Positions 1 to 8,825 of a DNA stretch of 64,000 bases are shown here, one piece after another. Position numbers and translations under genes: made by a program. This DNA comes from SAR202 cluster bacterium. GTDB lineage: Bacteria > Chloroflexota > Dehalococcoidia > Lucifugimonadales > GCA-2712585. The notes beneath the pieces were generated by a model that saw only the letters and a list, made by a program, of their open reading frames with translations, did no database searches and was not told where the DNA came from. The stretch is from assembly GCA_016872285.1 (NCBI GenBank), contig VGZZ01000001.1, positions 34,236 through 98,235 on the forward strand, given 5' to 3'. The first letter of the stretch is position 1; every line of letters begins with the position of its first letter.

Positions 1-86
1 GCATAGAAAAACGCCAAACCGGGCGTCATCAGCAGCACTAGGCCGGATGCCATCAGCACCCACGCGGTATCGCCCTTATCTATCAC
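1..86 (-). CDS. amt: ammonium transporter (Amt family), N-terminal fragment; the gene runs off the left edge
   Basis: Too short for the ORF track. The reverse strand from GTG at 86..84 reads VIDKGDTAWVLMASGLVLLMTPGLAFFYA, which matches the Amt N-terminal TM1 signature. AAGGAGG at 100..94 lies 7 nt upstream. Confidence 0.6.
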   Translation of the reverse strand, partial: MIDKGDTAWVLMASGLVLLMTPGLAFFY

Positions 87-241
87 GGCTTCTCCTCCTT
101 GTTTAGCCCTGAAGGCGTTTGCAGACGGCGGCTCCCCGTCTCTCCAAACAAGGCGTCCCCGCCTGTCGAGGCCATGCTAGGCTTTTGCCGCGCGGCAAGT
201 CAATAAGTTATGTCTACCACATAATCGATGTTTTCGACCCT

Positions 242-676
242 CTACCCCCGCCTAGCCCTGAACTGCGGGTCGTCGCACACCCCCTTGGCCGCGAACTCCA
301 TCGCCGCCTTCAGCACCCTCTCCATCTCCCTATCCCCCGTCGTCGACGCGTAATACGGCGGCACCCACAACCCGCCAAAGGCGCCCACCACCTCCGGGTC
401 GTCGTCCACCACAAAGTCCGGCGCCGCCAGCACCCCCATCTCCGTCAGACGCTTCACATGGTCATACTGCGGCTTGTGGTATACCCCACTCACCAACTCC
501 TCCAGCTTGTGCCGCCTCACCGCCTCCTTCCGCACCCCTACCCCCGACCACACATACACCCTATGCCCCCCATCAATAAGACCCACCATCGTCTCCCGAG
601 TCCCCGGCCTCAACGAGTTATCCATCCCTAGTATCGTCTGGTCCACATCAAAAAATACGTTCATCTTCCCTTTCAT
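242..676 (-). CDS. HAD-superfamily hydrolase (small, capless)
   Basis: 144-aa ORF. FFDVDQT matches HAD motif I (DxDxT), and DFVVDDD resembles motif IV. Confidence 0.6.
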   Translation of the reverse strand: MKGKMNVFFDVDQTILGMDNSLRPGTRETMVGLIDGGHRVYVWSGVGVRKEAVRRHKLEELVSGVYHKPQYDHVKRLTEMGVLAAPDFVVDDDPEVVGAFGGLWVPPYYASTTGDREMERVLKAAMEFAAKGVCDDPQFRARRG

Positions 677-735
677 CGTTCCAGCCTTCCGCCGGAATTT
701 AGTCCTCTCCCCCTCCTGGGGGCTGGGTCTGGTAC

Positions 736-930
736 GTCATTTCGACCCGCCTCTGGCGGGAGAAATCTCAGCGACCGTCCGCTGCCATTACCCTTCGTGT
801 GGCAAACCGCGTCTTCCCTAAAGGCTGGCTAAACAAACCAGGGCTAAGTGATAAGATAAAGCCCTGTCATCCTGAGCGAAGTCGGTACTCCGACGTAGCC
901 GAAGGGTCTAATCGCCGTGCTTGCTGCCAC
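736..930. repeat. two copies of a dispersed REP/MITE-like hairpin element (GTCATYYYGAGC...GRRRRTCT..CGCCGT..TGCTGCCA)
   Basis: Copy 1 is 736..791 (gtcatttcgacccgcctctggcgggagaaatctcagcgaccgtccgctgccattac). Copy 2 is 866..930 (gtcatcctgagcgaagtcggtactccgacgtagccgaagggtctaatcgccgtgcttgctgccac). Each has an internal inverted repeat. The same family recurs at 5697..5839. Confidence 0.6.
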
Positions 931-968
931 CTCACCGCTAGCCCTCTTCCTTTAGGTCCCCTTCCTCC

Positions 969-1313
969 TCACTCCACTGCCTCCTTCACCTCCTTCTCCC
1001 CAATCGCCAGTCTCCCGTCCACCTCCGCCATCGGCCGACGGATCAGCCGCGGCTCCTTCAGCATCAATCGAATCATATCGTCCGCGCTCAGCCTCCCCTG
1101 CTCCAAGCCCATCGACTTAAAGCTCGGGCTCTTCCACGAAAACATATCCGCCAGCCTCGACTTTTTCGCCAGCTCCCTCAGCTCCGACTCGCTGAACGGC
1201 TCCTTGAAAAAGTCCCGTTCCTCAAAATCCACGCCCTTTAACGAGAGAAACTCCCTCGTCTTGCGGCATTGCGTTCACTTCGGCCACCAGTACAGTGTCA
1301 CCTTCTTTGCCAT
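969..1313 (-). CDS. ArsC/Spx/YffB-family thiol oxidoreductase, predicted selenoprotein (in-frame TGA at 1277..1275)
   Basis: The track ORF 969..1232 extends in the same frame to ATG 1313: MAKKVTLYWWPK-[TGA]-TQCRKTREFLSLKGVDFEERDFF...LIRRPM. That gives 114 codons, the normal family length. The TGA replaces the first Cys of the family CxxC, and the LIRRP motif is present. Confidence 0.7.
1241..1259 (-). promoter_or_regulatory. candidate bacterial SECIS hairpin
   Basis: RNA ACGAGGG-AGUUU-CUCUCGU forms a 7-bp stem (one G-U pair) with a 5-nt loop containing GU. It starts 15 nt 3' of the UGA. Confidence 0.4.
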
Positions 1314-1453
1314 GATTCCCTCCGTTCTCGGAACTCAATCACATATTCTACTCTTCGCATCAACACAAACCTCACCGTTTGCTCAATGATGCCTAGGCGG
1401 TTAATATGGCGGCGTACCCTCCAAGCCCCCTCACCCGTCATGGAGACCCCTAT

Positions 1454-2983
1454 ATGAAATATGACATCATCATCGTCGGCGCGGGCTCCGCCGGCTGCGT
1501 CCTCGCCGCCCGACTCTCGGAAAACCCCCGCCGCTCCGTCCTCCTCCTCGAGGCCGGCCCCGACTATCCCGACCTCCAATTCCTCCCCGACGACCTGAAA
1601 TACGGCTACACCCGCAACGCCGAGGCCCGTACCGGCAAGCACAACTGGTCCCTCACCGGGGACATCACCTCCACTCAGACCCGCGTCCACGTCGCTCAGG
1701 GCAAGGTCGTCGGCGGCTCCGGCGCTATCAACGGCCAGACCTTCCTCCGCGCCATCCCCCAGGACCATGACGACTGGGCCGCCCTCGGCAACACCGAATG
1801 GAGCTACGCCAAAGTCCTCCCCTTTTACCGAAAGATGGAGCGCGATCTGGACATCTCCGACGACTACCACGGCGCCGACGGCCCTATCCCCGTCCTCCGT
1901 CGCAAGCACGGCGAATGGCAGCCTTACCACTCCGCCTTCTACAAGGCCTGCGTCGCCGAGGGCTTCCCCGAGGACCCCGACATGAACGGCCCCAACACCG
2001 CCGGCGTCGGCCTCCTACCCATGAACAATCCAGACGGCATCCGAATGAGCGCTGCCCTCACCCACCTCGCTCCAGCCCGCCACCGCCTCAACCTCACCAT
2101 CCGGCCCAACGTCCTCGTCACCCGCGTTATCATCGACAACAAGCGCGCCATGGCCGTCGAGGCCGAAAGCGCCGGTCAGAAGTTCACCATCGAGGGCGGC
2201 GAAATCATCCTCGCCGCCGGCGGCCTCCGCTCCCCACACCTCCTCCTCCTCTCCGGCGTCGGCCCCGCCGACCACCTCCGCGCCGTCGGCATCCCCGTCG
2301 CCCATCACTCCCCCGCCGTCGGCCAGCACCTCACCAACCACCCCAACGCCAGCGTCACCTTCCGCGTCCGTGACGGCGTCCCCCTTACCCTCGGCCCCAA
2401 CACCGTCCGCCTCTCCGCCCGCTACACCGCCAGCGACTCCACCACCCCCAACGACATGGCCCTCCTCACCTCCTCCATCTATAACCCCGTCACCGGCGAG
2501 TATTTGCCCGATCGCGGCATCCGAATCTCCTGCTCCCTCTCCCTCCCCGCGGGCGCCGGCGACCTGCGGCTCTCCTCCGCCGACCCTCACCAGCAGCCCG
2601 CCTTCAATTACCGATATCTCGAAGATCCCTACGACCGCCAGCGCCTTCGCGAGGGCGTCCGCCTCTGTATGCGCCTGGGCCAGAGTGCCGCCTACAAAAA
2701 CGTTGTCACCCAGCGCACCGGCCCCACCAACGACGACCTCGCCTCCGACAAAGCCCTGGACGCGTGGCTCCTCGCCACCGTCGGCACCGCCCGCCACGTC
2801 TCCGGCACATGCAAAATGGGCCCCGCCTCAGACCCTAAAGCCGTCGTTGACCAGTATTGCCGGGTCCACGGCATTGACGCTCTCCGCGTCGCCGACGCCT
2901 CCATCATCCCCCAGATCACCCGCGCCAACACCAACGCCCCCGTCATCCTCATAGCCGAGCGCCTCGCCGCCTGGCTCTCCTAA
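1454..2983 (+). CDS. GMC-family FAD oxidoreductase (choline dehydrogenase-like)
   Basis: YDIIIVGAGSAGCVLAARLSE is a Rossmann FAD motif, and GMC signatures run through the ORF. The start is placed at ATG 1454 (GGAG 9 nt upstream) rather than the ORF-track start 1406. Confidence 0.85.
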   Translation: MKYDIIIVGAGSAGCVLAARLSENPRRSVLLLEAGPDYPDLQFLPDDLKYGYTRNAEARTGKHNWSLTGDITSTQTRVHVAQGKVVGGSGAINGQTFLRAIPQDHDDWAALGNTEWSYAKVLPFYRKMERDLDISDDYHGADGPIPVLRRKHGEWQPYHSAFYKACVAEGFPEDPDMNGPNTAGVGLLPMNNPDGIRMSAALTHLAPARHRLNLTIRPNVLVTRVIIDNKRAMAVEAESAGQKFTIEGGEIILAAGGLRSPHLLLLSGVGPADHLRAVGIPVAHHSPAVGQHLTNHPNASVTFRVRDGVPLTLGPNTVRLSARYTASDSTTPNDMALLTSSIYNPVTGEYLPDRGIRISCSLSLPAGAGDLRLSSADPHQQPAFNYRYLEDPYDRQRLREGVRLCMRLGQSAAYKNVVTQRTGPTNDDLASDKALDAWLLATVGTARHVSGTCKMGPASDPKAVVDQYCRVHGIDALRVADASIIPQITRANTNAPVILIAERLAAWLS

Positions 2984-2988
2984 TTCCT

Positions 2989-3921
2989 TTACTTCCCACG
3001 AGTCGGCGTCGGAGGCAGCGGCCAACCAGAAGGCTGAATCGACGTGCACTCATGCCGCACTTCCACACTGCCCTCGGTGAATTTAAAGTCTAGATGCAGC
3101 CGCCAATCGTCGCGCTCATACGTATTCGGCTCCACCTCCCGCCACCCCAGATACCCCAGGTATTCTCGGAACCATGCCTCCACCTCATCAGCGTCTTCGC
3201 CATTCACCAGTTCGCAATACTTCCCATCGCACACGCCGAAGACACCCTTGGGATGATGCGGAACCCCACGATGTGTCTGCCGAAGGTCAATCTCCATGTG
3301 CTCCGTCTCAAAACGCAGTATCACAATAGGATCGTCAAAGGACGGGTCCCGCACCCACACCTGGAGCGCGTCCTTCTCCTCCTTCACCAACCTCCAGCCG
3401 CGCCCAAGCATTGCGTAGCGGTAGAATTCTGCCGCGTCCCCCGGTCCAGTCTGGTCATAACGATACGGCGTGCTCGGCGCGCTGTAAGCAATCATCGAAT
3501 CAAAGCTCGGCAGACCTCCCTCAGGCCATGATTGGGACGGAAGGCTCAAAATCGGAAGCACAGGCGTCACTTTCACGCCATACGTCTTGTCGTTAATCTT
3601 GAAGGCCTTCATAGGCCCAACCCCGCTCAGACGTACCGCTCGACGCGCGTCATCCCCATGCAGATGCCCCACTAGATTAGATGGCCATTCACCCGCCGCA
3701 GCGGTGCCATCCGCAGCCAAAGTCTCCACCACCACCTCGTCCGGCTCCATTACCCCCGCATCCTTCGGCAGAGCATCCGTAGCCGTGCGATAGATGCCAC
3801 GAAGCCGCTCCAGCGTCTCATGATTCTGCTCCCCGGGCCAGGCCTGCTCAAGATTCATTCCGTAGACGCTCACCGTCCTCCGGCCCCGTCCCGCGTAAAC
3901 CGAAAAAAGTGTTCTGTCCAT
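2989..3921 (-). CDS. hypothetical protein
   Basis: 310-aa ORF with ordinary composition and no motif I recognise. The alternative start at M22 (3858) would reduce the overlap with the upstream gene. Confidence 0.5.
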   Translation of the reverse strand: MDRTLFSVYAGRGRRTVSVYGMNLEQAWPGEQNHETLERLRGIYRTATDALPKDAGVMEPDEVVVETLAADGTAAAGEWPSNLVGHLHGDDARRAVRLSGVGPMKAFKINDKTYGVKVTPVLPILSLPSQSWPEGGLPSFDSMIAYSAPSTPYRYDQTGPGDAAEFYRYAMLGRGWRLVKEEKDALQVWVRDPSFDDPIVILRFETEHMEIDLRQTHRGVPHHPKGVFGVCDGKYCELVNGEDADEVEAWFREYLGYLGWREVEPNTYERDDWRLHLDFKFTEGSVEVRHECTSIQPSGWPLPPTPTRGK

Positions 3922-4630
3922 CCGTCCCGCCGACTCCCACGTAATGCTCCTCCAACTCGTTCAGGACCACCGCCTCGGAAACAATTTTCAGCACGGCGCC
4001 CCCATCTATCCACCCCTCACGAAAAATTCCCTCAGTATCGATGAAAACCACGCGTCCATCTCCCCATATAGTGAGCTCATACACCATCTCGCTTCCTAAA
4101 TTCCGATCGAACAGGCCGCCGCCATGCTGGAACTGGAACACTGGCCGGTCGGGAGGATACGTCCGGGCCAGCAGACGCAGCCGCACCTCCCCCATCACTG
4201 CCTCGTCTCCCAGGACCGCCTGCAGCCGTCGCTCCGCCTCATCTCCATTCACCCGGTTATACCGCGGCAGTATCTCGCCTTCTCTATCCAGGTGAATCGT
4301 CGACATTGTTGGAATATGATGGATCGCCGCCGCATCAATGAAATCGACTATGCGCGATTCCCACTCCCACGGCGCCGGGCGAATCTGTACCTGAACATCC
4401 TCGTCGATGACTATCTTCCGCGCGTCCGAGACCGACGCCAGGTGTTCCCTAAGGTCCTCCGGCGTATGAATTCCTTCAGACGGCAGGCGTGGTGATGGTG
4501 TGGCCGTCGCCTCAACACTCCAGGGAGTCAGGTCTCCACAGCCCGTAGCCAACAGCAAAGCTGATAGCGCAAGAAATAGCCGTATTCCAAAGGACCCAAC
4601 ATCCGGTCTTCGCAAATCGCCCCCTGTCAT
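3848..4630 (-). CDS. hypothetical lipoprotein
   Basis: The N-terminus ...RLFLALSALLLATGCGD looks like a signal peptide with a lipobox (LATGC). No recognisable domain follows. Confidence 0.55.
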   Translation of the reverse strand: MTGGDLRRPDVGSFGIRLFLALSALLLATGCGDLTPWSVEATATPSPRLPSEGIHTPEDLREHLASVSDARKIVIDEDVQVQIRPAPWEWESRIVDFIDAAAIHHIPTMSTIHLDREGEILPRYNRVNGDEAERRLQAVLGDEAVMGEVRLRLLARTYPPDRPVFQFQHGGGLFDRNLGSEMVYELTIWGDGRVVFIDTEGIFREGWIDGGAVLKIVSEAVVLNELEEHYVGVGGTDGQNTFFGLRGTGPEDGERLRNES

Positions 4631-4870
4631 CCGTCTACTAATTTAGACGTTATCCCCTTTTGAAAGGTTCCTGGTCACTACGCCCCAGTGACATCTGCCT
4701 ATTGCCTTAAGCCTCTACCTTACTCTATCCTGTACCTCCCGCCGCCAACCGTCCTACCCGCGGACTTCCCTCCGTGGAGATGCCTGGGAAGGTATAAATT
4801 TAGAAAACGATTCCGTATCTGGCCCACATCTGACATTTTGATTCGTTCTCGGAAAATTAAACACCTTGAC

Positions 4871-5016
4871 CTTATTCAATAGCGAAATCCCGATGACAAT
4901 CGGGAAACCTTTTTCTTGGGGGTCCGCCAGTCCAACAAAACAAATCAGAGCAAAAGGCAGGTTGTTTTTGAGCACCGAAGCTCTATTCAATCGCGAAATC
5001 CCGATGCTAATCGGGA
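4871..5016 (+). repeat. two ~35-nt direct repeats, each ending in a 7-bp hairpin, in a 613-bp non-coding gap
   Basis: 4871..4905 is cttattcaatagcgaaatcccgatgacaatcggga. 4982..5016 is tctattcaatcgcgaaatcccgatgctaatcggga. The stem is TCCCGAT/ATCGGGA. ggttgtttttg also recurs at 4959 and 5018. Confidence 0.6.
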
Positions 5017-5243
5017 CGGTTGTTTTTGGCCAGTCTAGGCACAAAAAGAAACTTTATTCAGAGAAACAACCTGTTTGCTTCCTCCCCGCCAATGACCATC
5101 TACCCCCGCATCTTAAAAAATGACTAAAACGGCATCGTGCCTAACTTGTGCCTAAATCTTCGAGTCGTTTTGAGGAAAAATTGCAAAACGACTCCCCGGA
5201 AACAAATCCCTGCATCATAGTCAACCTGAGTGTTCCCCAAAAA

Positions 5244-5603
5244 TTACACCACTACCGCCACCACCATCGCCGCCATCGCGAGGACAACCGACGCCACGGT
5301 GATAACCAGCAGCGTCCTCATCCCCTTCGTCGCCGTTTCCAGCCCCTGCTCCAACCCCTCCACCGACAAAGACAACCTCGCCAATATATCCGCCTGCCTC
5401 GCGCTCCTCGACTCCAACTGGCCCAATCGCGCACGCATCTCCTCAATGGAGGTCTCATCACCATCCACGGTCCCACCACGGCGCGCCTCCATCGCCTTAC
5501 GCGCCTCCCTCACCATAGGCAGCACATCCTTAGTAGCCGTCCTTACCAACCCGCCAAATCGGACCAGCGCTAACACATTCCCTAACACGTCCCACACCTC
5601 CAA
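5244..5603 (-). CDS. hypothetical tail-anchored coiled-coil protein
   Basis: 119-aa ORF with a charged helical middle section and a C-terminal hydrophobic stretch LLVITVASVVLAMAAMVVAVVV. Confidence 0.45.
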   Translation of the reverse strand: MEVWDVLGNVLALVRFGGLVRTATKDVLPMVREARKAMEARRGGTVDGDETSIEEMRARLGQLESRSARQADILARLSLSVEGLEQGLETATKGMRTLLVITVASVVLAMAAMVVAVVV

Positions 5604-5696
5604 CCCTTCTTAGGATTTTCTAATATGATCGATGCGAGTACGACTACCCGCCTGATGCTAATTGAGGATTGGGGCCTATGATATAGATGTGTACAT

Positions 5697-5839
5697 GTCA
5701 TTCTGAGCCTGCGAAGAATCTAATCACCGTGACTGCTGCCACTCCTCATCTTGCTCATAATGAAATCGTGTTGTCATTCCGAGCGGAGTGCCGATGTACT
5801 CGTCGGGACGCAGTCGAGGAATCTGTTATGACCACAGCC
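5697..5839. repeat. two more copies of the GTCATYYYGAGC REP/MITE-like element
   Basis: 5697..5742 is gtcattctgagcctgcgaagaatctaatcaccgtgactgctgccac. 5773..5839 is gtcattccgagcggagtgccgatgtactcgtcgggacgcagtcgaggaatctgttatgaccacagcc. Both match the family seen at 736..930. Confidence 0.6.
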
Positions 5840-5941
5840 TAGCTACGCACATCACCACCTCACCCTACATCTATTCTAGTTTACATGCGGTATTAACGCC
5901 TCAGAACAAGCGATGCGTAACTCAAGAGCCAGGTAGGCACT

Positions 5942-8689
5942 CTACCCTTCCTCCCTCGCCCTCTTTTGCAGCTCAAACAGCTTATTTATCGCCTCCAGCG
6001 GCGTCATCGCGCTCACGTCCAGCCCCCGTAGCTCCTCCGACACTCCGCCATCCCCGCTCCCAAACAGCCCCATCTGCTGCGCCGGCGTCCCCTTGCCCCT
6101 CTTCTTCGTAGCCACCCCATTATTCACCATCGACCCCGCCTCCAATTCCCCTAGAACCTCCCACGCCCTCTGCACCACGCTCCGGGGCAGCCCGGCCAGT
6201 TGCGCCACATGCACCCCATAGCTCCGGTCCGCGCCCCCAGGCACTATGCGATGCAGGAACACCAGCCGCCCGCCCTCCTCCGCCACCGATACGCTGAAGT
6301 TCCGCACCCGAGGCAGCCCGCCGTGGTGGGCCAGTTCCGTCAGTTCATGATAGTGCGTCGCGAACAACGTCCTGCACCCCAATCTCGGCGAGTTGTGGAT
6401 ATGCTCCGCCACTGCCCTCGCGATGGAGAGTCCGTCGTAAGTGCTCGTCCCCCGCCCTATCTCGTCCAGTATCACCAGCGACCGCGGCGTCGCCTGGTTC
6501 AATATCGCCGCCGTCTCCACCATCTCCACCATGAACGTGGACTGCCCCGTCGACAGGTCGTCCTGCAACCCCACACGAGTAAATATCCTGTCCGCCATCC
6601 CTATCTTCGCTCTCTCCGCCGGCACAAAGCTCCCTATTTGCGCCATCAGTGTTATCAGCGCCGCCTGCCGGATAAACGTGGACTTGCCGGACATGTTCGG
6701 CCCCGTGATCATCAAAAGCTGCGCGTCGTCGTTGGCCATGTACAGGTCGTTGGGCACAAAGGTCCCCGCCGCCAGCACCCGCTCCACCATGGGGTGTCGG
6801 CCCGCCTTTATGTCGATAGACCCCTCCAATGTCAACTCAGGCCGCACGTATCCGTACCGCGACGCCGCTTCCGCCAGCGACGCCACTCCGTCTGTCTCGG
6901 CCAGCGACGCCGCCAGCTCCATCAGCCCCGCCGACTGCTCCAGGACTTGCCCGCACACCTGCCGCCATATGTCACGCTCCAGCGTCTCGATGCGCTCTTG
7001 CGCGTTCAGTATCAGCGACTCGTACTCTTTAAGCTCCGGCGTCACATACCGCTCGCCGTTGGTGATAGTCTGCCGCCGCTCATATCTAGCAGGCGCCTGC
7101 GACAGGTTGGCCTTGCTCACCTCAATGTAATACCCGAAGACCCGGTTATACCCCACCTTCAGCGACTTTATCCCCGTCGCCTCCCGCTCCTTCCTCTCCA
7201 ATCCTGCTATGAACTCCCTCGCATTCCCCGACGCGTCCCTCAATCTGTCCAGCTCCTCCGAAAACCCCCGCCGAATAACCCTTCCCTCCCCCGGCATCCC
7301 CACCGGCTCCGCCTCCACCGCCGCCTCCACCAGCCCCGCCACCTCCGGAAAGTTGCGCAAGGCGGCACCGACAAATTTCACTCCTTCTCCCCTTGTGGGA
7401 GAAAATGCAGGTTGAGGGGTGAAACCCTGCTGACCAGGGCTCATCTGACTACCCACACCTCCTCGGCTTCCTTCTGGTCTCTTCCCCCCTTGAGGGGGAA
7501 GATTAAGATGGGGGGTCGGGGTGGTGCGTGGGGGGTTGTCCCTAATCATCTCCCTCAACCTCCCCGACGCCCTCAAACTCTCCTTCAACGCCAGCAAGTC
7601 CCTCGGCGACGCCTTCTCCAGCCTCATCCGACCCAAAATCCTCTCTATATCCGATACCTTCCCCAGCATATTCCGAGTCTCCTCTCGCCTCATCATATCT
7701 CCGCAAAAATACGCCACCCCCTCCTGCCGCCGCAGCAACGCCTCCAGATTCAACAGCGGCTGTCCCACCCACCGACGCAGCAGTCTCGCCCCCATAGGCG
7801 TCTTCGTGAAGTCCAGCACCTTCAGCAGCGACAGCTCCGACTCACCCCACCGCCCGCTCTGGAACAGCTCTAGGTTCCGCACCGTCTGCGCGTCCAGCGC
7901 CATGTAATCCCCCACCGAATACACCGATAGCGACGTCACCTGTCCCAAAGCCCCAGGCTGCGTCTGGTCCAAATACTCTAGTATCGCCCCCACCGCCCCC
8001 GTCGCCAGCGGCAGGTTTTCGCACCCAAAGGCCTCCAGGCTCATCACCCCGAACTTGTCTTTCAACATTTCCTCGGCATGCATTGGCTCAAAAGCCCTCG
8101 AATTGAAGGGCGTGACCACCTGCACGTTCAGCTCCCCCGCCAACCCTTCCTGCCCCTGCGGCGCCAGCACTTCCGACGGCCCCAGCCTCGCCACCTCCGG
8201 CGCCAGTTTGGACAGCGGCAGTTGCGTCGTCGAAAACAGTCCTGTGCTAACGTCGACGTGTGCCAGCCCCGCCTCCTCCCCACGAACAACCAGCGCCGCC
8301 AGGTAGTTGTTAGCCGTCTGCTCCAGTATGCTTGGTTCTATAACCGTCCCCGGCGTCACCACTCGTACCACATTGCGGTCTACAAGCCCCTTGCTCGTAG
8401 CGGGGTCGCTAAGCTGCTCGCACAGCGCCACCTTATACCCCTTTTTGATCAGCCGCGCCAGGTAGCTCTCCGCCGCGTGGAACGGGATGCCCGCCATGGG
8501 CGCCTTCACGTCCTTCCCCATGCTACGAGACGTCAGTACGATATCCAGCTCACGAGAGGCCACGTGGGCATCCTCGTCGAACGTCTCGTAGAAGTCGCCC
8601 AAGCGGAAGAACAGGATAGCGTCCGGGTAACGCTCCTTAATCCTCAGGTACTGTCGTCGAATAGGTGTTGCGTTCTTTTCGATAGCCAT
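5942..8689 (-). CDS. mutS: DNA mismatch repair protein MutS
   Basis: 915 aa. The N-terminal mismatch-binding motif is LFFRLGDFYETF, Walker A is GPNMSGKST, and STFMVEM and DEIGRGTSTYDG are present. It contains an extra ~52-aa insert (see findings). Confidence 0.95.
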   Translation of the reverse strand: MAIEKNATPIRRQYLRIKERYPDAILFFRLGDFYETFDEDAHVASRELDIVLTSRSMGKDVKAPMAGIPFHAAESYLARLIKKGYKVALCEQLSDPATSKGLVDRNVVRVVTPGTVIEPSILEQTANNYLAALVVRGEEAGLAHVDVSTGLFSTTQLPLSKLAPEVARLGPSEVLAPQGQEGLAGELNVQVVTPFNSRAFEPMHAEEMLKDKFGVMSLEAFGCENLPLATGAVGAILEYLDQTQPGALGQVTSLSVYSVGDYMALDAQTVRNLELFQSGRWGESELSLLKVLDFTKTPMGARLLRRWVGQPLLNLEALLRRQEGVAYFCGDMMRREETRNMLGKVSDIERILGRMRLEKASPRDLLALKESLRASGRLREMIRDNPPRTTPTPHLNLPPQGGKRPEGSRGGVGSQMSPGQQGFTPQPAFSPTRGEGVKFVGAALRNFPEVAGLVEAAVEAEPVGMPGEGRVIRRGFSEELDRLRDASGNAREFIAGLERKEREATGIKSLKVGYNRVFGYYIEVSKANLSQAPARYERRQTITNGERYVTPELKEYESLILNAQERIETLERDIWRQVCGQVLEQSAGLMELAASLAETDGVASLAEAASRYGYVRPELTLEGSIDIKAGRHPMVERVLAAGTFVPNDLYMANDDAQLLMITGPNMSGKSTFIRQAALITLMAQIGSFVPAERAKIGMADRIFTRVGLQDDLSTGQSTFMVEMVETAAILNQATPRSLVILDEIGRGTSTYDGLSIARAVAEHIHNSPRLGCRTLFATHYHELTELAHHGGLPRVRNFSVSVAEEGGRLVFLHRIVPGGADRSYGVHVAQLAGLPRSVVQRAWEVLGELEAGSMVNNGVATKKRGKGTPAQQMGLFGSGDGGVSEELRGLDVSAMTPLEAINKLFELQKRAREEG

Positions 8690-8825
8690 TGCCTACAGGC
8701 ATTTTACAGAAAATCAGCGGTGACGGTTAAATTAGCCGAGAACGCGTCCAACCCGTCTGGGATTTTCTCAGTGAAATCTCGATTACTATAAAGAGCCTGT
8801 AGCCAAGACGTAACCCTAGTCTCCC

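Noticed and set aside
1275-1277. In-frame TGAs (here and at 24761..24763) read as genome-wide TGA reassignment (code 4/25) or as pseudogene stops
   Set aside because: Neighbouring genes terminate cleanly at TGA, for example 26155..26157 and 16494..16496, and the standard-code ORFs are full length. Both TGAs fall exactly on catalytic Cys positions and are followed by hairpins, which favours Sec.
1298-2797. Minus-strand ORFs of 210 and 260 aa inside the GMC oxidoreductase region
   Set aside because: They are Gly/Ala/Val/Asp-rich shadows antisense to a gene with clear GMC motifs.
4871-5016. Hairpin direct repeats considered as a CRISPR array
   Set aside because: There are only two good copies, with a 111-nt period (76-nt 'spacer'). 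The repeats differ at several positions, and there are no cas genes in the window. It is kept only as a repeat of unknown nature.
6200-7873. 557-aa plus-strand ORF, along with several others at 6441..7130 and 7521..7907
   Set aside because: It is antisense to the unmistakable mutS gene and is Arg/Pro/His-rich low complexity. It is a typical shadow ORF in high-GC DNA.
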